Shown: positions 38,983-49,633, counted from the first letter of the stretch. The stretch is 64,000 bases of DNA from Longimicrobiales bacterium (GCA_965219445.1 CBDCNQ010000003.1:288001-352000); one strand, 5' to 3'. Made by a program: numbers and translations. Notes: generated by a model not told the origin, from the letters alone.

Positions 38983-39618
38983 CTAGGGTCTAAGCCCTTC
39001 CAAAAGGTCCAGGAACGTCGAAAGTCCTGCCGTAACTGCATCCTGATCGTGCGAGGTCTTCACCGAACCGATGAGACCCTGGTACGTGGCGAACACCAGG
39101 CTCGCCACGGCTGCGGCATCCACGTCCTTGCGGATATTTCCGGCCTCCTGACCGCGTTCGAACGCGGCCCGAATGCCCGCCCTCCAGTCGTCCGCAATAC
39201 GGTCGAGGTGTTTCCTGAAATCCTCATCCGCGCCCGCGAGCTCCTGCGTGAGATTGTTCAGCGGGCATCCGCAGCACATCTCTTCCGGTGTGGCCTCCGC
39301 CATCATGGTCCGCGTCGACTCGGCCAGCGCGGGGATCGGATCGTCGGACTCCTGGAGTGAGCCCAACCATCGCTCCACGACCATCGGCTGTATCGCGTCG
39401 TCGATGACCGCGTGCAGCAGGTCGGCCTTGCTCTTGAAGTGGTGATACAGCGCACCCTTCGTAACGCCCGAGTTGGCCAGAATCCGGTCGAGGCTCGCGC
39501 CCGCATAACCGTGGGCGTGGATCTCGCGGAAAGCGTTCTGCACGAGTAGTGCACGTGTGCCCTCGGGGTCGCGCTTACGCCCCTGTGCGGGCGGTCTCGT
39601 AGTCTCTTGCGTTAACAT
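38983..39618 (-). CDS. TetR/AcrR family regulator
   Basis: GYAGASLDRIL..SGVTKGALYHHFKSKADL; GCPL.NL; ATG 39618. Confidence 0.93.
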   Translation of the reverse strand: MLTQETTRPPAQGRKRDPEGTRALLVQNAFREIHAHGYAGASLDRILANSGVTKGALYHHFKSKADLLHAVIDDAIQPMVVERWLGSLQESDDPIPALAESTRTMMAEATPEEMCCGCPLNNLTQELAGADEDFRKHLDRIADDWRAGIRAAFERGQEAGNIRKDVDAAAVASLVFATYQGLIGSVKTSHDQDAVTAGLSTFLDLLEGLRP

Positions 39619-39654
39619 ACCGACCAGTCTGTATGAAGTGAGGGGCGTTGTCAA
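39616..39654 (-). promoter_or_regulatory. Leaderless-type tetR promoter with overlapping operator
   Basis: Minus strand TTGACA-17-CAGACT-7-ATG; palindrome CATACCGACCAGTCTGTATG at 39616-39635. Confidence 0.7.
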
Positions 39655-39771
39655 CCCCCCCATCGATTCTTCGAAGAAAATCCGCGAACGGGCTACGGAA
39701 GCGCCAGGGCGATCAGCTCCGCCACGGCGCCGGGACGGCCGCCAGGGAGGCGTAACCGGTGGCGTCGACCC

Positions 39772-41892
39772 TCAGGGCAGGCTGAGCGTCACCAGCTGGC
39801 CCGGCGCCTGCAGGACGATGCGCTGCCGACCCTCGTGCATATAGGACATCATGCCGTACCTCACTAGGCCCGGAGTCTCCAGACTCCCCAGACGCTCGCC
39901 CGTGGCCTTGTCCACTGCGTAGAGGAAGGGGGTCTCTCCGTCGTCGCCGATCGCCGTGTGGAGAAGCATCGTCGGCGTCACCATCATCGCGGAGTGACCT
40001 ATGTTCCCGGTGGGAGCAATATCCACTCCCTGTAGCGCCGGGTGTTCCTGTATGAACCTCGGCGTGCCCCCGTTGGGAATCCACCACAGATGCTCCCCGG
40101 TATTGAGATCGATCGCGGTGATTCGGCTGTACGGCGGCTTTTCCAATGGGAGGCCCTGAGGGCCCGGCACACCGCTGGGCGTGCCCATGCCGACGGCGAA
40201 GTCCGCAATCGCGGTCCCGGTCGGTCGCTCGATCAGCCGATCCCGCTCGATGCCCGGGACGATGGTCCGCCAGCCGCAGTTCGTCCTCGAGACGGTGTAG
40301 ATGATGCCGGTCTCGGGATCGGCCACGGGCGGGCCGGAGATGTTCGTCCCCCCCAACTCGCCAGGGCACCAGATCGAGCCCCGCAGTCCTTGCGGATTGT
40401 CACTGTGTACGGGCGGGTTGAAGATCGGACCGAGCAGATAATCCGACGCGATCTCCAGCGCCTCCTCCCTCAGCGCGGGCGTGAAGTCGATGAGGTCGTC
40501 CTGAGTGAACCCGTGTAGATCGTATGGCGCTGGCTTCGTGGGGAACGGTTGAGTGGGCGACAGCTGCTCGCCGGGCACCTCGGATTGGGGCACCGGACGC
40601 TCCTCGACGGGCCAGATGGGCTCGCCGGTCTCCCGATTGAATGACCAGAGGATCGCCTGCTTGGTAGCCTGGAACACCCCCGGGATCGTCTCACCATCAA
40701 CCGTCACGTCCATGAGGATCGGGGCTGTCGAGGTGTCGTAGTTCCAGACGTCGTGATGAACCATCTGGAAGTGCCACACCCTCTCGCCCGTTTCAACGTC
40801 GAGAGCGATGAGGCTCGTGCCGAACAAGCCGTCACCGGGTCGGAATCCGCCATAGAAGTCGATGGTGGGCGGATTCGTGGGGATGTAGACCATTCCGCGC
40901 TCCGGGTCTGCTGACATGGGCGCCCACGAAGAAACATCCCCTGTCCACTGCCAGGCGTCGCTCTCCCAGGTCTCGTGGCCCACCTCACCCGGCCGGGGAA
41001 TCACGTGGAACTTCCACTTGTGCGCCCCCGTTCTGGCGTCGTAGCCCATAATGTCGCCCGGCACGTTCTCGACCCGCGTCTGGTTATAACCCTGCTCGGC
41101 CGAGTTGCCCACCACGACCGTCCCGTTCACGACGATCGGCGGTGAAGAGTTCGTGATGTATCCGAGCTCCAGCGGGATCCCGTAGTAGGGGTCGTAGGGC
41201 TCATCCCACTCCAGCCACGGACCCCAGTCGGCCAGCAGGTCGGGCAGGAGATCGACCACGCCGGTTTGCGGAAATCCCTGCAACGGTACCGGAGTCCCCC
41301 AGTTTTCAAGGGGTCTGCCAGTCTCCGCGTCGAGGGCGTGAAGGAAGAAGGCCGGAGTCGTGATATAGACGACGCCCCTACCGTCCACCTCCGCGTACGC
41401 GATCCCCTTCCCCCAAGGCGCGCGCATGGAATACTCCCAACGGAAGGTGTTGGGCTCCCGAAACGTCCATAGCGTCCGTCCCGTCGCGGGGTCGAGCGCC
41501 ACCACGTGCCTCCGTGGCCCTGCTACCGTGAACAGCTTTCCACCCGCGTAAACGGGCGTGGGGCGCGGGGGCGTCGCCCCGAAACTCGCATTGCTCCAGG
41601 TCCACTCCTCCTGGAGATCGCCGAAGTTCGAGGCGTCGATCTGGTTCAGAGGCGTGGATCGGGTGTGCCCGGCGTCTCCACCGATGTAGCGCCACCCCCC
41701 GGCTTCGGTCTCAGGCCGGTCATTGACATGCTGGGTGGCGCCTGGCGACGGTGCGGCGAGCAGGACGCCGAGAGCGACGATCGCCACCAGAAGCACGGGC
41801 CCCCTGCCTTCCAGAAACTTCCGCCGAGTGACTCCGCAGCCTTCCTCATTTTCGCTCCCGGAGACTTCTCCGGCGTTGGGTGTCGCCCTCAT
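39772..41892 (-). CDS. PQQ-dependent dehydrogenase (quinoprotein glucose dehydrogenase-like)
   Basis: [49 protein letters not shown]. Confidence 0.9.
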   Translation of the reverse strand: MRATPNAGEVSGSENEEGCGVTRRKFLEGRGPVLLVAIVALGVLLAAPSPGATQHVNDRPETEAGGWRYIGGDAGHTRSTPLNQIDASNFGDLQEEWTWSNASFGATPPRPTPVYAGGKLFTVAGPRRHVVALDPATGRTLWTFREPNTFRWEYSMRAPWGKGIAYAEVDGRGVVYITTPAFFLHALDAETGRPLENWGTPVPLQGFPQTGVVDLLPDLLADWGPWLEWDEPYDPYYGIPLELGYITNSSPPIVVNGTVVVGNSAEQGYNQTRVENVPGDIMGYDARTGAHKWKFHVIPRPGEVGHETWESDAWQWTGDVSSWAPMSADPERGMVYIPTNPPTIDFYGGFRPGDGLFGTSLIALDVETGERVWHFQMVHHDVWNYDTSTAPILMDVTVDGETIPGVFQATKQAILWSFNRETGEPIWPVEERPVPQSEVPGEQLSPTQPFPTKPAPYDLHGFTQDDLIDFTPALREEALEIASDYLLGPIFNPPVHSDNPQGLRGSIWCPGELGGTNISGPPVADPETGIIYTVSRTNCGWRTIVPGIERDRLIERPTGTAIADFAVGMGTPSGVPGPQGLPLEKPPYSRITAIDLNTGEHLWWIPNGGTPRFIQEHPALQGVDIAPTGNIGHSAMMVTPTMLLHTAIGDDGETPFLYAVDKATGERLGSLETPGLVRYGMMSYMHEGRQRIVLQAPGQLVTLSLP

Positions 41893-42057
41893 GAGAACCT
41901 TCCTGATCAAGTGATCGAACATCACCACGAGCCGGACTCCGCTGGGGCACCGACCTTCTTCGGTAAGTCGCCGTATCCCGACCCGCCTCGGACATCGCCC
42001 CTATGATGTGTACACATGCCTCGGCACGCCAGTGAGGGTGGCACAGCCGCACGACGG

Positions 42058-43434
42058 CTATCTATCGGGTTCGATCTGACCGGTTCGGTCCCATTTTACG
42101 GGCAGGCGTGAATCATCACCCTTGAAGAACCGGAAGAGTGGGTCTTCGGATAGCCGCCCGACGATAACGTCGATCTGGGTCGTCTCGTTCGCACGCAAGA
42201 CACCGCGGACCTGATTTCCCGGAAAGACCTTCCGTCCAGCGACGTAGCCGAGCAGCGGAGTACCGGCATCGGCTGAGAACTCCATGTAGAAGCTCACGTC
42301 CTGCTCTAGCTTCGAAAGATCCACCAACACGGTAAAATGATTTGGATCGACTTTGTTCTTATGCGTATGGGCTATTGAGTCGGACGGCCTGCCCTCCCCC
42401 TGAGCATCCAGGTAGCCGATCACAATCTTGTAGTCGTCCACCGGGTGGCCCTCGTGGTCTCGAAACCGGAAATCCAGTTGGGCGAAGGGACCCCTTCGCT
42501 TGGTCGTCGTCTCGGTCGTGGCGTCGGTGAGCAGACGGCGCATCCGACCATAACTCTGCCGGCCACGTCGCTTGTCGCGATCGACCTGAAGGCATTCGAG
42601 AATCAGCCGGAGGGCTTGGTGCGCGGCAGGAGACGTTCGCTTTCCGATGCTCCCAAGAATGCCGTGCCTATCGCCGGAGTGCAGGTACCGCCAAAGCGAG
42701 CCAAAAGCGATGCCTTTCACCTCACGAAGCGGCGGCCTACGGCTCGACGCGAAATCGATCACGTAACGCCGGAAGTTCAGATTGCCCGCGGGGACACGGA
42801 TCACCTGATCGGATCCATCTTCGTAGTGAGCGGGGAGGATCTTCGCTGCTACCCTATCCTTCAGTCCTCTAGGGACTCGGTCTCCGGTCAGGCAGTAGAG
42901 GAGAACGCCTTTGTCCTCCCAGTTCGTCTGGTCCAGCCACTCGTCCGCGGCCTGCCATGAGAATTCGCTCCCGAGCTCGAGCGCATTGAGAATCCGGTCC
43001 CCAGTCGGCCCGCCCTTGAAGGCCTCGGCTACCATGGAGCGACCGTGGTGTGCCAGCCGTGAGCCAAACTGCGGTCCTGCGAGAAAGATCACGTTCGTTA
43101 ACGGTTTCTGACTCACCTTCTGATCTACGTAGTGGTGCGTGAGCCAGTGCCGGACTACCAACGCACCCGTGCTATGGGTGATGATGTGAAACGGTGTATC
43201 CCATCCATTCCTGAGACGATCCGTGAGCGCGGAGTCCATGCCCCGCGAGAGATCACGGACCTCCACGTCGTCGTCGAGGCTTACGTATTGGCCGAGGTAG
43301 ATCTCCTCGAGCTCGAACGTCTTTTCCCGGTGCTGCCCGATCGGTGAGAACTTGTCCAGCTGGTGGTGAAGAGCTGCGTAGGTGGTAGTGGAGTCCACCG
43401 ACCACCCGTGGACCAAAAACACTCTCTCGGGCAT
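42058..43434 (-). CDS. Alpha/beta hydrolase-fold protein with C-terminal extension
   Basis: LVHGWS oxyanion motif, ITHSTG nucleophile elbow, GSDQV, H-S-G. Confidence 0.8.
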   Translation of the reverse strand: MPERVFLVHGWSVDSTTTYAALHHQLDKFSPIGQHREKTFELEEIYLGQYVSLDDDVEVRDLSRGMDSALTDRLRNGWDTPFHIITHSTGALVVRHWLTHHYVDQKVSQKPLTNVIFLAGPQFGSRLAHHGRSMVAEAFKGGPTGDRILNALELGSEFSWQAADEWLDQTNWEDKGVLLYCLTGDRVPRGLKDRVAAKILPAHYEDGSDQVIRVPAGNLNFRRYVIDFASSRRPPLREVKGIAFGSLWRYLHSGDRHGILGSIGKRTSPAAHQALRLILECLQVDRDKRRGRQSYGRMRRLLTDATTETTTKRRGPFAQLDFRFRDHEGHPVDDYKIVIGYLDAQGEGRPSDSIAHTHKNKVDPNHFTVLVDLSKLEQDVSFYMEFSADAGTPLLGYVAGRKVFPGNQVRGVLRANETTQIDVIVGRLSEDPLFRFFKGDDSRLPVKWDRTGQIEPDR

Positions 43435-43469
43435 AGAACGGCTTCCTCTGTAGCATAAGGACCGCCCGA

Positions 43470-43497
43470 GGGGGGGGGGGGGGGGTGGGGGGGGGGG
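43470..43497 (+). repeat. Poly-G tract G16-T-G11
   Basis: Direct read, 35 nt upstream of the hydrolase start. Confidence 0.9.
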
Positions 43498-43602
43498 ACG
43501 AGAGTCTACGGGTCAGACGTACATCATGTCAACGTCCGTAAGCAACCAGTGGAAATAGGAGATCCTTGCCCTCTCGCACTCCTTAGCCGCATCTTGTCCG
43601 CC

Positions 43603-43968
43603 ATGCCAGATCCCGTCACCCGCCTGAACGCCGCGCTCTCACCGGCCCGGAGACAATGCGAGAATGGGTCGACGAGGCAGTCGGAAGGATGTTCGAGCAC
43701 TTACCGATCCGAATGAACGGAGGCGGGCTTTAACCGGATTCTGAAACAGGGCGAGGTGGGTGACTCGCTGAGATAGTCCGATACCGGCCCTTTTTCGTGG
43801 AACTCGCCCTCATTAGCAGCTTACCTACGAAATCCAGCGTACACGTTATACGACGTGACCCCCGACGATCAGCGATTCGTGATGCTGCGGATCGGTGACG
43901 ACGAGGACGCCGCGCCTTCCGAACTCATCCTGGTCGAGAACTGGTTCGAGGAGCTTCGCCAACGGTAG
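43603..43968 (+). pseudogene. Internally deleted Ser/Thr kinase-TolB-like gene
   Basis: N-terminus MPDPVTRLNAAL and C-terminus YDVTPDDQRFVML...LILVENWFEELRQR* about 200 nt apart; no kinase motifs between them. Confidence 0.7.
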
Positions 43969-44083
43969 GACGAGTACCCCCCAAGGGTTGTCACACCGCC
44001 AAGCCGAGCGTTATTGTGCGCCCGATCGATGGGATCGCAGCGAACCCGTCCTCGCCATTCTCGCGATCTGGAGGAGAGGCGAT

Positions 44084-44731
44084 ATGCCAAGCGACGACGC
44101 TCAAACGGGCCACAGCGGGCCGACCGACCTTACCCGGCGCACCTTCATCAAGGGTGTAATCGCCGGAGGTGTGGCGGTTTCCTCCGCGGCCTACCTCTTC
44201 CGCAACAGCCCGCTCTTGACGGGTGGAGCCGCTCGGACGAGCGGCGTTGAGCGGCTGCTGAGGCTCAACGTCAACGGCCAGACTCGGCGGGTCGATGTAG
44301 CCCCGCATGAGACCCTGGCCACGACGCTCCGCTACAAGCTCGGGCTCACCGGCACCAAGCTCGGCTGCGACCGCGCGGAGTGTGGTGCCTGCACGGTGCT
44401 CGTCGATGACGTGCCGCGCTACTCGTGCTCGGTGCTGACCCATTCCGTCAGGTCGCGCGAGATCAGGACGATCGAGGGTCTGGCGTCGCCCGACGGTACG
44501 CTCCATCCGGTGCAGCAGGGCGTGGTCGAGGAGCAGGGCTTCCAATGCGCCTACTGCATGACCGGCTTCGTCATGGCGGCGGTGGGATTCCTACAGAAGA
44601 ATCCGAACCCGACCCGCGAAGAGCTGGCTCATGGCGTCTCCGGCAACCTGTGCCGGTGCCAGGACTACGACAAAATCCTCACGGCCCTGCAACGGGGCGC
44701 GGAGCTTTCGCGGGAGGTGGCCCGTGGCTGA
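44084..44731 (+). CDS. XDH-family 2Fe-2S subunit with Tat signal
   Basis: TRRTFI; GCDRAECGACT, QCAYC, NLCRC; GGAGGAG RBS. Confidence 0.94.
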   Translation: MPSDDAQTGHSGPTDLTRRTFIKGVIAGGVAVSSAAYLFRNSPLLTGGAARTSGVERLLRLNVNGQTRRVDVAPHETLATTLRYKLGLTGTKLGCDRAECGACTVLVDDVPRYSCSVLTHSVRSREIRTIEGLASPDGTLHPVQQGVVEEQGFQCAYCMTGFVMAAVGFLQKNPNPTREELAHGVSGNLCRCQDYDKILTALQRGAELSREVARG

Positions 44732-47192
44732 GAACAAGCTGGTCGGTCAGAACTACGTCACGCCCGACCTGGTCGCCAAGGTCACGGGCCGGGCCAAGTA
44801 CGCGGAGGACTTCCGGGTTGACGGAATGCTCTACGCAAAGCTCTTGCTGAGCCCCCTTCCCCACGCCCGGGTCAGGAGCATCGACACGAGCGCCGCCGAG
44901 GCCATGCCGGGCGTGCGCGCCATTCTCAGGGCATCGGAGCTTCCGGCGCCGGCCGACATCGTGACCGATCTCGGGGAGAGGATCCCTGCCAATCCCAAGG
45001 GCGAGCGCGCGCTCAGCGACGAGCCCGTCTATGCCGGGGAACCGGTGTTGGCCGTGGCGGCAGTGGACGAGGAGACGGCGGTCGCAGCCATCGAAGCCAT
45101 CGAGATCGACTTCGAGCCGCTGCCGTTCGTGGTCGACCCACTCGTGAGTCTCCGTCCGGACGGGCCCAACGCACGTCCTGAGGGCAACTGCTGGGGCCGT
45201 CCGGCGGGAGAGCCCACAGGCCCCCTCGAGGTCCAGGAGATGAAGTGGGCGAGCGCCGATTTCGCCGAGTACGAAGAGGGTCGATTGCCGACCGGCACGT
45301 CTCGTGACGAATGGTCGTTCGGCGACGTCGAGGCTAGATTCGCCGAGGCGGTGCTCGTGCTCGACCAGACGTTCTCCGTCGCCAACAACCACCACAATGT
45401 GCTCGAGCCGCGCTCCACGCTCGCGTACTGGCGCAACGGCAAGCTGTACGTGCACACCGGCACGCAGAGCACCGTGCAGACGGCGGCGTCCCTCGCCCGC
45501 TGGATGCGGCTCGACATCGACGATGTCGTGCTCATTACGGAGTACACGGGCGGCGGCTACGGCAGCCGGGCCACCGGCGCCGTCATCAGCACGGTCCCGG
45601 CCGTGCTCGCTAGGAAAGCAGGCCAGCCGGTCATGCTCCGCATCTCGCGTGAGGAGGAGCACTTCATCGGCGGTATTCGCCCCGCCGTCCACGGCCGCGT
45701 GAAGGCCGGATTTGCCAGCGACGGGAGCCTCCTGGCTCTCGACATGTTCACGGTGGGAGAGAATAGCGCGTACGAGCCGGGAGGCGACGCCTTGTTCTCC
45801 GGCAGCATCGTGTCGCTGCTCTATCAGCCGCAGGCCATGCGGATGCGGGCGACCACCGTGCTCACGAACACGCCGCCGCGCCGGGCGCAGAGCCAGCCCG
45901 GGGGGCTCCAGGGCATCGTGATGATGGAGCCGGTCATCGCCAAGGCCGCGCGCCAGCTCGGTCTCGACCAGGTGGACATCCGCCGCGTCAACGCGCCCGT
46001 CGGCAAGGCGCCGTTCGGGCCTCAGGTTGGCGACGCCCCAAGAGCGTACTGCACGAGCGCGTTCCTGAGGGAAGCGCTCGACCGGGGCTCCGAGCTCTTC
46101 GACTGGGAGACGCGTAAGGCGCGCTCCGGTCAGCGCCAAGGCTCCACGGTGCGTGGGGCCGGGGTGGCGGTCAGCACGTTCGTTTCAGGCTCGACCGGAT
46201 TCGACGGGCTCTTCGTGATCCAGCCCGACGGCCGTATGTACGTCAAGTCGGGCGTCGGCAATCTGGGCACGGAATCGTACTCCGACGTCCATCGCGTGGC
46301 GGCCGAGATGATGGGACTGCCGTGGGACAAGGTGGAGATCTCCTGGGGCGACACGTCCAAGAACCTCCCGTGGACCTGCGTCTCCGGTGGGAGCCAGACG
46401 GCGCACGCGATGTCGCGCGCGGCCCACGCGGCGGCTTCGGACGCCATCGCCAAGGCAAAGGAGATCGCGGCCCGAACGCTCGGCGGGAGCCCCGAGTCCT
46501 ACCGTGTGGCCGACGAGCGCGTCTCGAACGGATCACGCGGGATGACGCTCGCGGAGGTGGCCCAGCGCGCCATCGAGCTGGGTGGCAAGTACGACGGGCA
46601 CGAGCTGCCCGAGGACATCAACGGGTACACCACCAGGTCGGCGACGGCACTGGCCGGGCAGGGCCTCATGGGCGTAGCGCGCGACAGCTACGGGCGGGAC
46701 GGCAGATCGTTCTCCTTCGTCGCCGGGTTCGCGGAGGTCGAGGTGGACCTCGAGACCGGCGACTATCGAATACTCGACTACATGGCAGTGGGCGACTCGG
46801 GCACCATCATCCACCCGCGCTCCTACGGTGGGCAGGTTCTCGGGCGCTCGGTGCTCGGTATGGGGCACACGCTCGCGCAGAAGAGCGTGTACGACCAGCA
46901 CTACGGCCTGCCGTTGGCGAAGCGGATGTATGAGAATCGTCCACCCACGATACTGGACGTACCGCGAAATATGCAGTGGGACGCGGTGAACCTGCCGGAT
47001 CCCGAGACCCCGGTCGGCGCGCGTGGCATCGGCGAGCCGCCGGTTGCCGCTGGGGCGTGCGCGGTTCTCAACGCGCTCACCGCGGCGCTCGGCGATGAGG
47101 CGTTTCGCCGCACACCGGTGACGCTCGACAACATCCTCATGGCGCTCGAGCACGGGCGGCCCATGCAGGAGCCGTTGACGGCTCACATCTGA
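44724..47192 (+). CDS. XDH-family molybdopterin-binding subunit
   Basis: KVTGRAKYAED, SPLPHARV, GGGYGS, SGGSQ, GARGIGEP. Confidence 0.93.
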   Translation: MAENKLVGQNYVTPDLVAKVTGRAKYAEDFRVDGMLYAKLLLSPLPHARVRSIDTSAAEAMPGVRAILRASELPAPADIVTDLGERIPANPKGERALSDEPVYAGEPVLAVAAVDEETAVAAIEAIEIDFEPLPFVVDPLVSLRPDGPNARPEGNCWGRPAGEPTGPLEVQEMKWASADFAEYEEGRLPTGTSRDEWSFGDVEARFAEAVLVLDQTFSVANNHHNVLEPRSTLAYWRNGKLYVHTGTQSTVQTAASLARWMRLDIDDVVLITEYTGGGYGSRATGAVISTVPAVLARKAGQPVMLRISREEEHFIGGIRPAVHGRVKAGFASDGSLLALDMFTVGENSAYEPGGDALFSGSIVSLLYQPQAMRMRATTVLTNTPPRRAQSQPGGLQGIVMMEPVIAKAARQLGLDQVDIRRVNAPVGKAPFGPQVGDAPRAYCTSAFLREALDRGSELFDWETRKARSGQRQGSTVRGAGVAVSTFVSGSTGFDGLFVIQPDGRMYVKSGVGNLGTESYSDVHRVAAEMMGLPWDKVEISWGDTSKNLPWTCVSGGSQTAHAMSRAAHAAASDAIAKAKEIAARTLGGSPESYRVADERVSNGSRGMTLAEVAQRAIELGGKYDGHELPEDINGYTTRSATALAGQGLMGVARDSYGRDGRSFSFVAGFAEVEVDLETGDYRILDYMAVGDSGTIIHPRSYGGQVLGRSVLGMGHTLAQKSVYDQHYGLPLAKRMYENRPPTILDVPRNMQWDAVNLPDPETPVGARGIGEPPVAAGACAVLNALTAALGDEAFRRTPVTLDNILMALEHGRPMQEPLTAHI

Positions 47193-47261
47193 TGCCGGGC
47201 GAGATCCAGATGACGAATCAGCAGACGATGCTTCGGTAGCCCGGAGTCCAGGAGAAGCGCT

Positions 47262-48275
47262 ATGGCGATCGTGAACGACTTAATCCCTCCGTTCCAGCTG
47301 ATCCAGCCTTCCAGCCTCGAGGAGGCGGTGGAGGCCGCCGAAGCATACGGCGACGAAGCTTGGATCATAGCCGGAGGCATGGACTCGTTCGACTGGCTCA
47401 AGGACCGCACGAAGCGGACCGGTGTGGTCATCGAGTTGAGCCAGGTAGACGAGCTGCAAGGCATCCGCGAAACGGGCGGTGGCCTCGAGATCGGGGCCAT
47501 GACCACGCTCACCGACGTGGCCGAGCATCCGGCCGTCCTCGAGCGCTTCGAGGTGCTGGCCAAGGCCGCGGGGCTCGTGGCATCGCCCCAGATCCGCCAT
47601 CAAGGCACCATCGGCGGCAACGTGTCGCAGGATACGCGCTGCACCTACTACCGCAACGGCTGGACCTGCTATCGAGCCGGCGGCAACACCTGCTACGCCA
47701 ATACACCGACAGCAGTGAACCGCGAGCATGCCATCCTCCAGGCGAGCCGCTGCGTGGCTGTGAGCCCCTCGGACACGGCTCCCGTGCTCGTCGCGCTCGA
47801 TGCGCAGATGGTCATCCGGCGGGGCGGACGCGAGCGTGTCGTCGACGCGGACGACTACTTCGTCGGACCGGACGTAGATATCACACGCATGACGGTTTTG
47901 AGGCCCGGCGACCTGCTCACGGCCATCCGTATCCCGGCGACGTGGGCGGGTGCGCGGTTCTACTTCGAGAAGGTGCGCGACCGGGAAGTGTGGGACTTCC
48001 CCTTGGTCAACGTCGCTTCGGCAATCAGGGAGAGCGGCGGCCGTATCGACGAGGCCCGAGTGGTGGTCGGCGCCGTGGCTGCGCGGCCGCTGCGCCTGCG
48101 GGCGGTGGAGGAAGCGCTGGCCGGGCAGCAGCTGAATGAGGAGACGGCCACCGCGGCCGGCGAGCTGGCCGTCCAGGACGCGGAGCCGCTGCGCTACAAC
48201 GCCTATAAGGTGCCGTTGATGCGCAATCTGGTGCGGCGCGCCGTCAGGGGCGGGCCGCTCGCTGCCACGGCGTAG
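47262..48275 (+). CDS. XDH-family FAD-binding subunit with 4-Cys Fe-S insert
   Basis: AGGMD, ASPQIR..GTIGGN, C-x8-C-x7-C...C.A..PSD. Confidence 0.92.
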   Translation: MAIVNDLIPPFQLIQPSSLEEAVEAAEAYGDEAWIIAGGMDSFDWLKDRTKRTGVVIELSQVDELQGIRETGGGLEIGAMTTLTDVAEHPAVLERFEVLAKAAGLVASPQIRHQGTIGGNVSQDTRCTYYRNGWTCYRAGGNTCYANTPTAVNREHAILQASRCVAVSPSDTAPVLVALDAQMVIRRGGRERVVDADDYFVGPDVDITRMTVLRPGDLLTAIRIPATWAGARFYFEKVRDREVWDFPLVNVASAIRESGGRIDEARVVVGAVAARPLRLRAVEEALAGQQLNEETATAAGELAVQDAEPLRYNAYKVPLMRNLVRRAVRGGPLAATA

Positions 48276-48306
48276 ACCGGACCGCGGCGCGCGAAGGCCT
48301 CGGCGC

Positions 48307-48753
48307 GTGTCACTCTTGGTGAGCCGGCGGTTGTGCTGCTGGCCGCCCGTCCTTGTAGCGCTGCTGCTGCTCATAGCCTGTGAAAGCCGGCAGGAGGAGC
48401 CCGCCCCGCCCGTCGCCGCGGCGAGCACCCTGTGGCACACGCTCGGCAGCTGGTCGGGAAGCGGCGACCGTCAGACCGGGTCATTCGACGTGACCACGGG
48501 CTCCATGCGGCTCACGTGGGAAGCGCTCCAAGAGGGCGCTCCGGGCACGAACCAATTCCGCGTCTCGCTCCACAGTGCGATCAGCGGCCGGCCGCTACAG
48601 ACGATCGTCGATACCCAGGAGGTCGGCACCGGCTCCGTGGACCTAGCGGCCAACCCACGCGTTGCGTACCTGCTGATCGAGTCGGAGCGGATCCGTTGGC
48701 ACGTCACGCTCGAGGAAGCGGTGCCGGGGAGTCAGGTCAGCGGGCCGCGCTAG
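48307..48753 (+). CDS. Hypothetical lipoprotein
   Basis: LIAC lipobox; beta-rich WSGSGDRQT.SF domain. Confidence 0.65.
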   Translation: MSLLVSRRLCCWPPVLVALLLLIACESRQEEPAPPVAAASTLWHTLGSWSGSGDRQTGSFDVTTGSMRLTWEALQEGAPGTNQFRVSLHSAISGRPLQTIVDTQEVGTGSVDLAANPRVAYLLIESERIRWHVTLEEAVPGSQVSGPR

Positions 48754-48985
48754 TTGGGCGAGAGGGCCATGCACCAGGAGAAGACCCCGCCCGTCTAGCT
48801 CGCCGTCGATCAGCAGCATCCGTGAGGCCCCGAGCGGAAACGCATTAAAAGTGCTTGACCCCCAACCCATATCCGTGAGGAATTGGGAACAGGTGGCGAT
48901 TAACCCGTGACGCCCCTCCCCACCAGGTCGGTGCGTCAGGTATGGATGAACACATGTTCCACCTCAGTTATCAAAGGATCTAAAG

Positions 48986-49633
48986 ATGAACCAGCACAAA
49001 TTGGTCTTTTCTTTCGCGTCGATTGTAGCGCTGCTGGTGGCGACCCCGGCCCTGGGGCAACTCACCAACTTCCCAGTGCTTTCAATGGCACCCGGGAGTG
49101 GTTATGGAACCACTTCGTTTGGGACGGCATTCGGCAGTGGCGTCAAGAACAATTCCATAGAGCGAAGCGTGTTCGTCGCCCGGATCGAGCGAGGCCTGGA
49201 GACGGTTTCCTTCGGGGCCGACGTCGGGTACATCGCGGGCGACACCGACAACTTGACCCTCGCGGGCAGCGTAGCCGCTCATCTGCTCAGCGACTCGCCC
49301 GTACAAGTGAGCTTTCAGACCGGTCTCGGGTGGATAAGACAAGACATCCTCACCTTGAACCTGACGACCCTGCACATTCCCGTCGGCGTATCGATACAGG
49401 GCACCGGCTTTGGTAAGGTGAGGCCCTGGGTGATGCCCCGCGTCAGCTTTACCCAATTCTCGGGCGACGCCATCGCCTCGAGTAATACCGACACCGAATT
49501 CGGTGGCTCGGCTGGTATTGCGTTCGCGACCGACTTCGGCGTCGGATTCAGCTTGGCGTACGACTATCAGGACATCATAGGTGGGACGCGCCACCAGCTC
49601 GGCGCCGTCATGTCCTACGTCGTGGGCAGGTGA
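48986..49633 (+). CDS. Small outer-membrane beta-barrel protein
   Basis: Signal peptide; alternating strands; RPWVMPR; terminal SY. Confidence 0.7.
   Translation: MNQHKLVFSFASIVALLVATPALGQLTNFPVLSMAPGSGYGTTSFGTAFGSGVKNNSIERSVFVARIERGLETVSFGADVGYIAGDTDNLTLAGSVAAHLLSDSPVQVSFQTGLGWIRQDILTLNLTTLHIPVGVSIQGTGFGKVRPWVMPRVSFTQFSGDAIASSNTDTEFGGSAGIAFATDFGVGFSLAYDYQDIIGGTRHQLGAVMSYVVGR

Noticed and set aside
41800..41835. Tat signal (TRRKFL) on the first PQQ dehydrogenase
   Set aside because: Start codon uncertain and the segment also fits a Sec n-region; not enough to call
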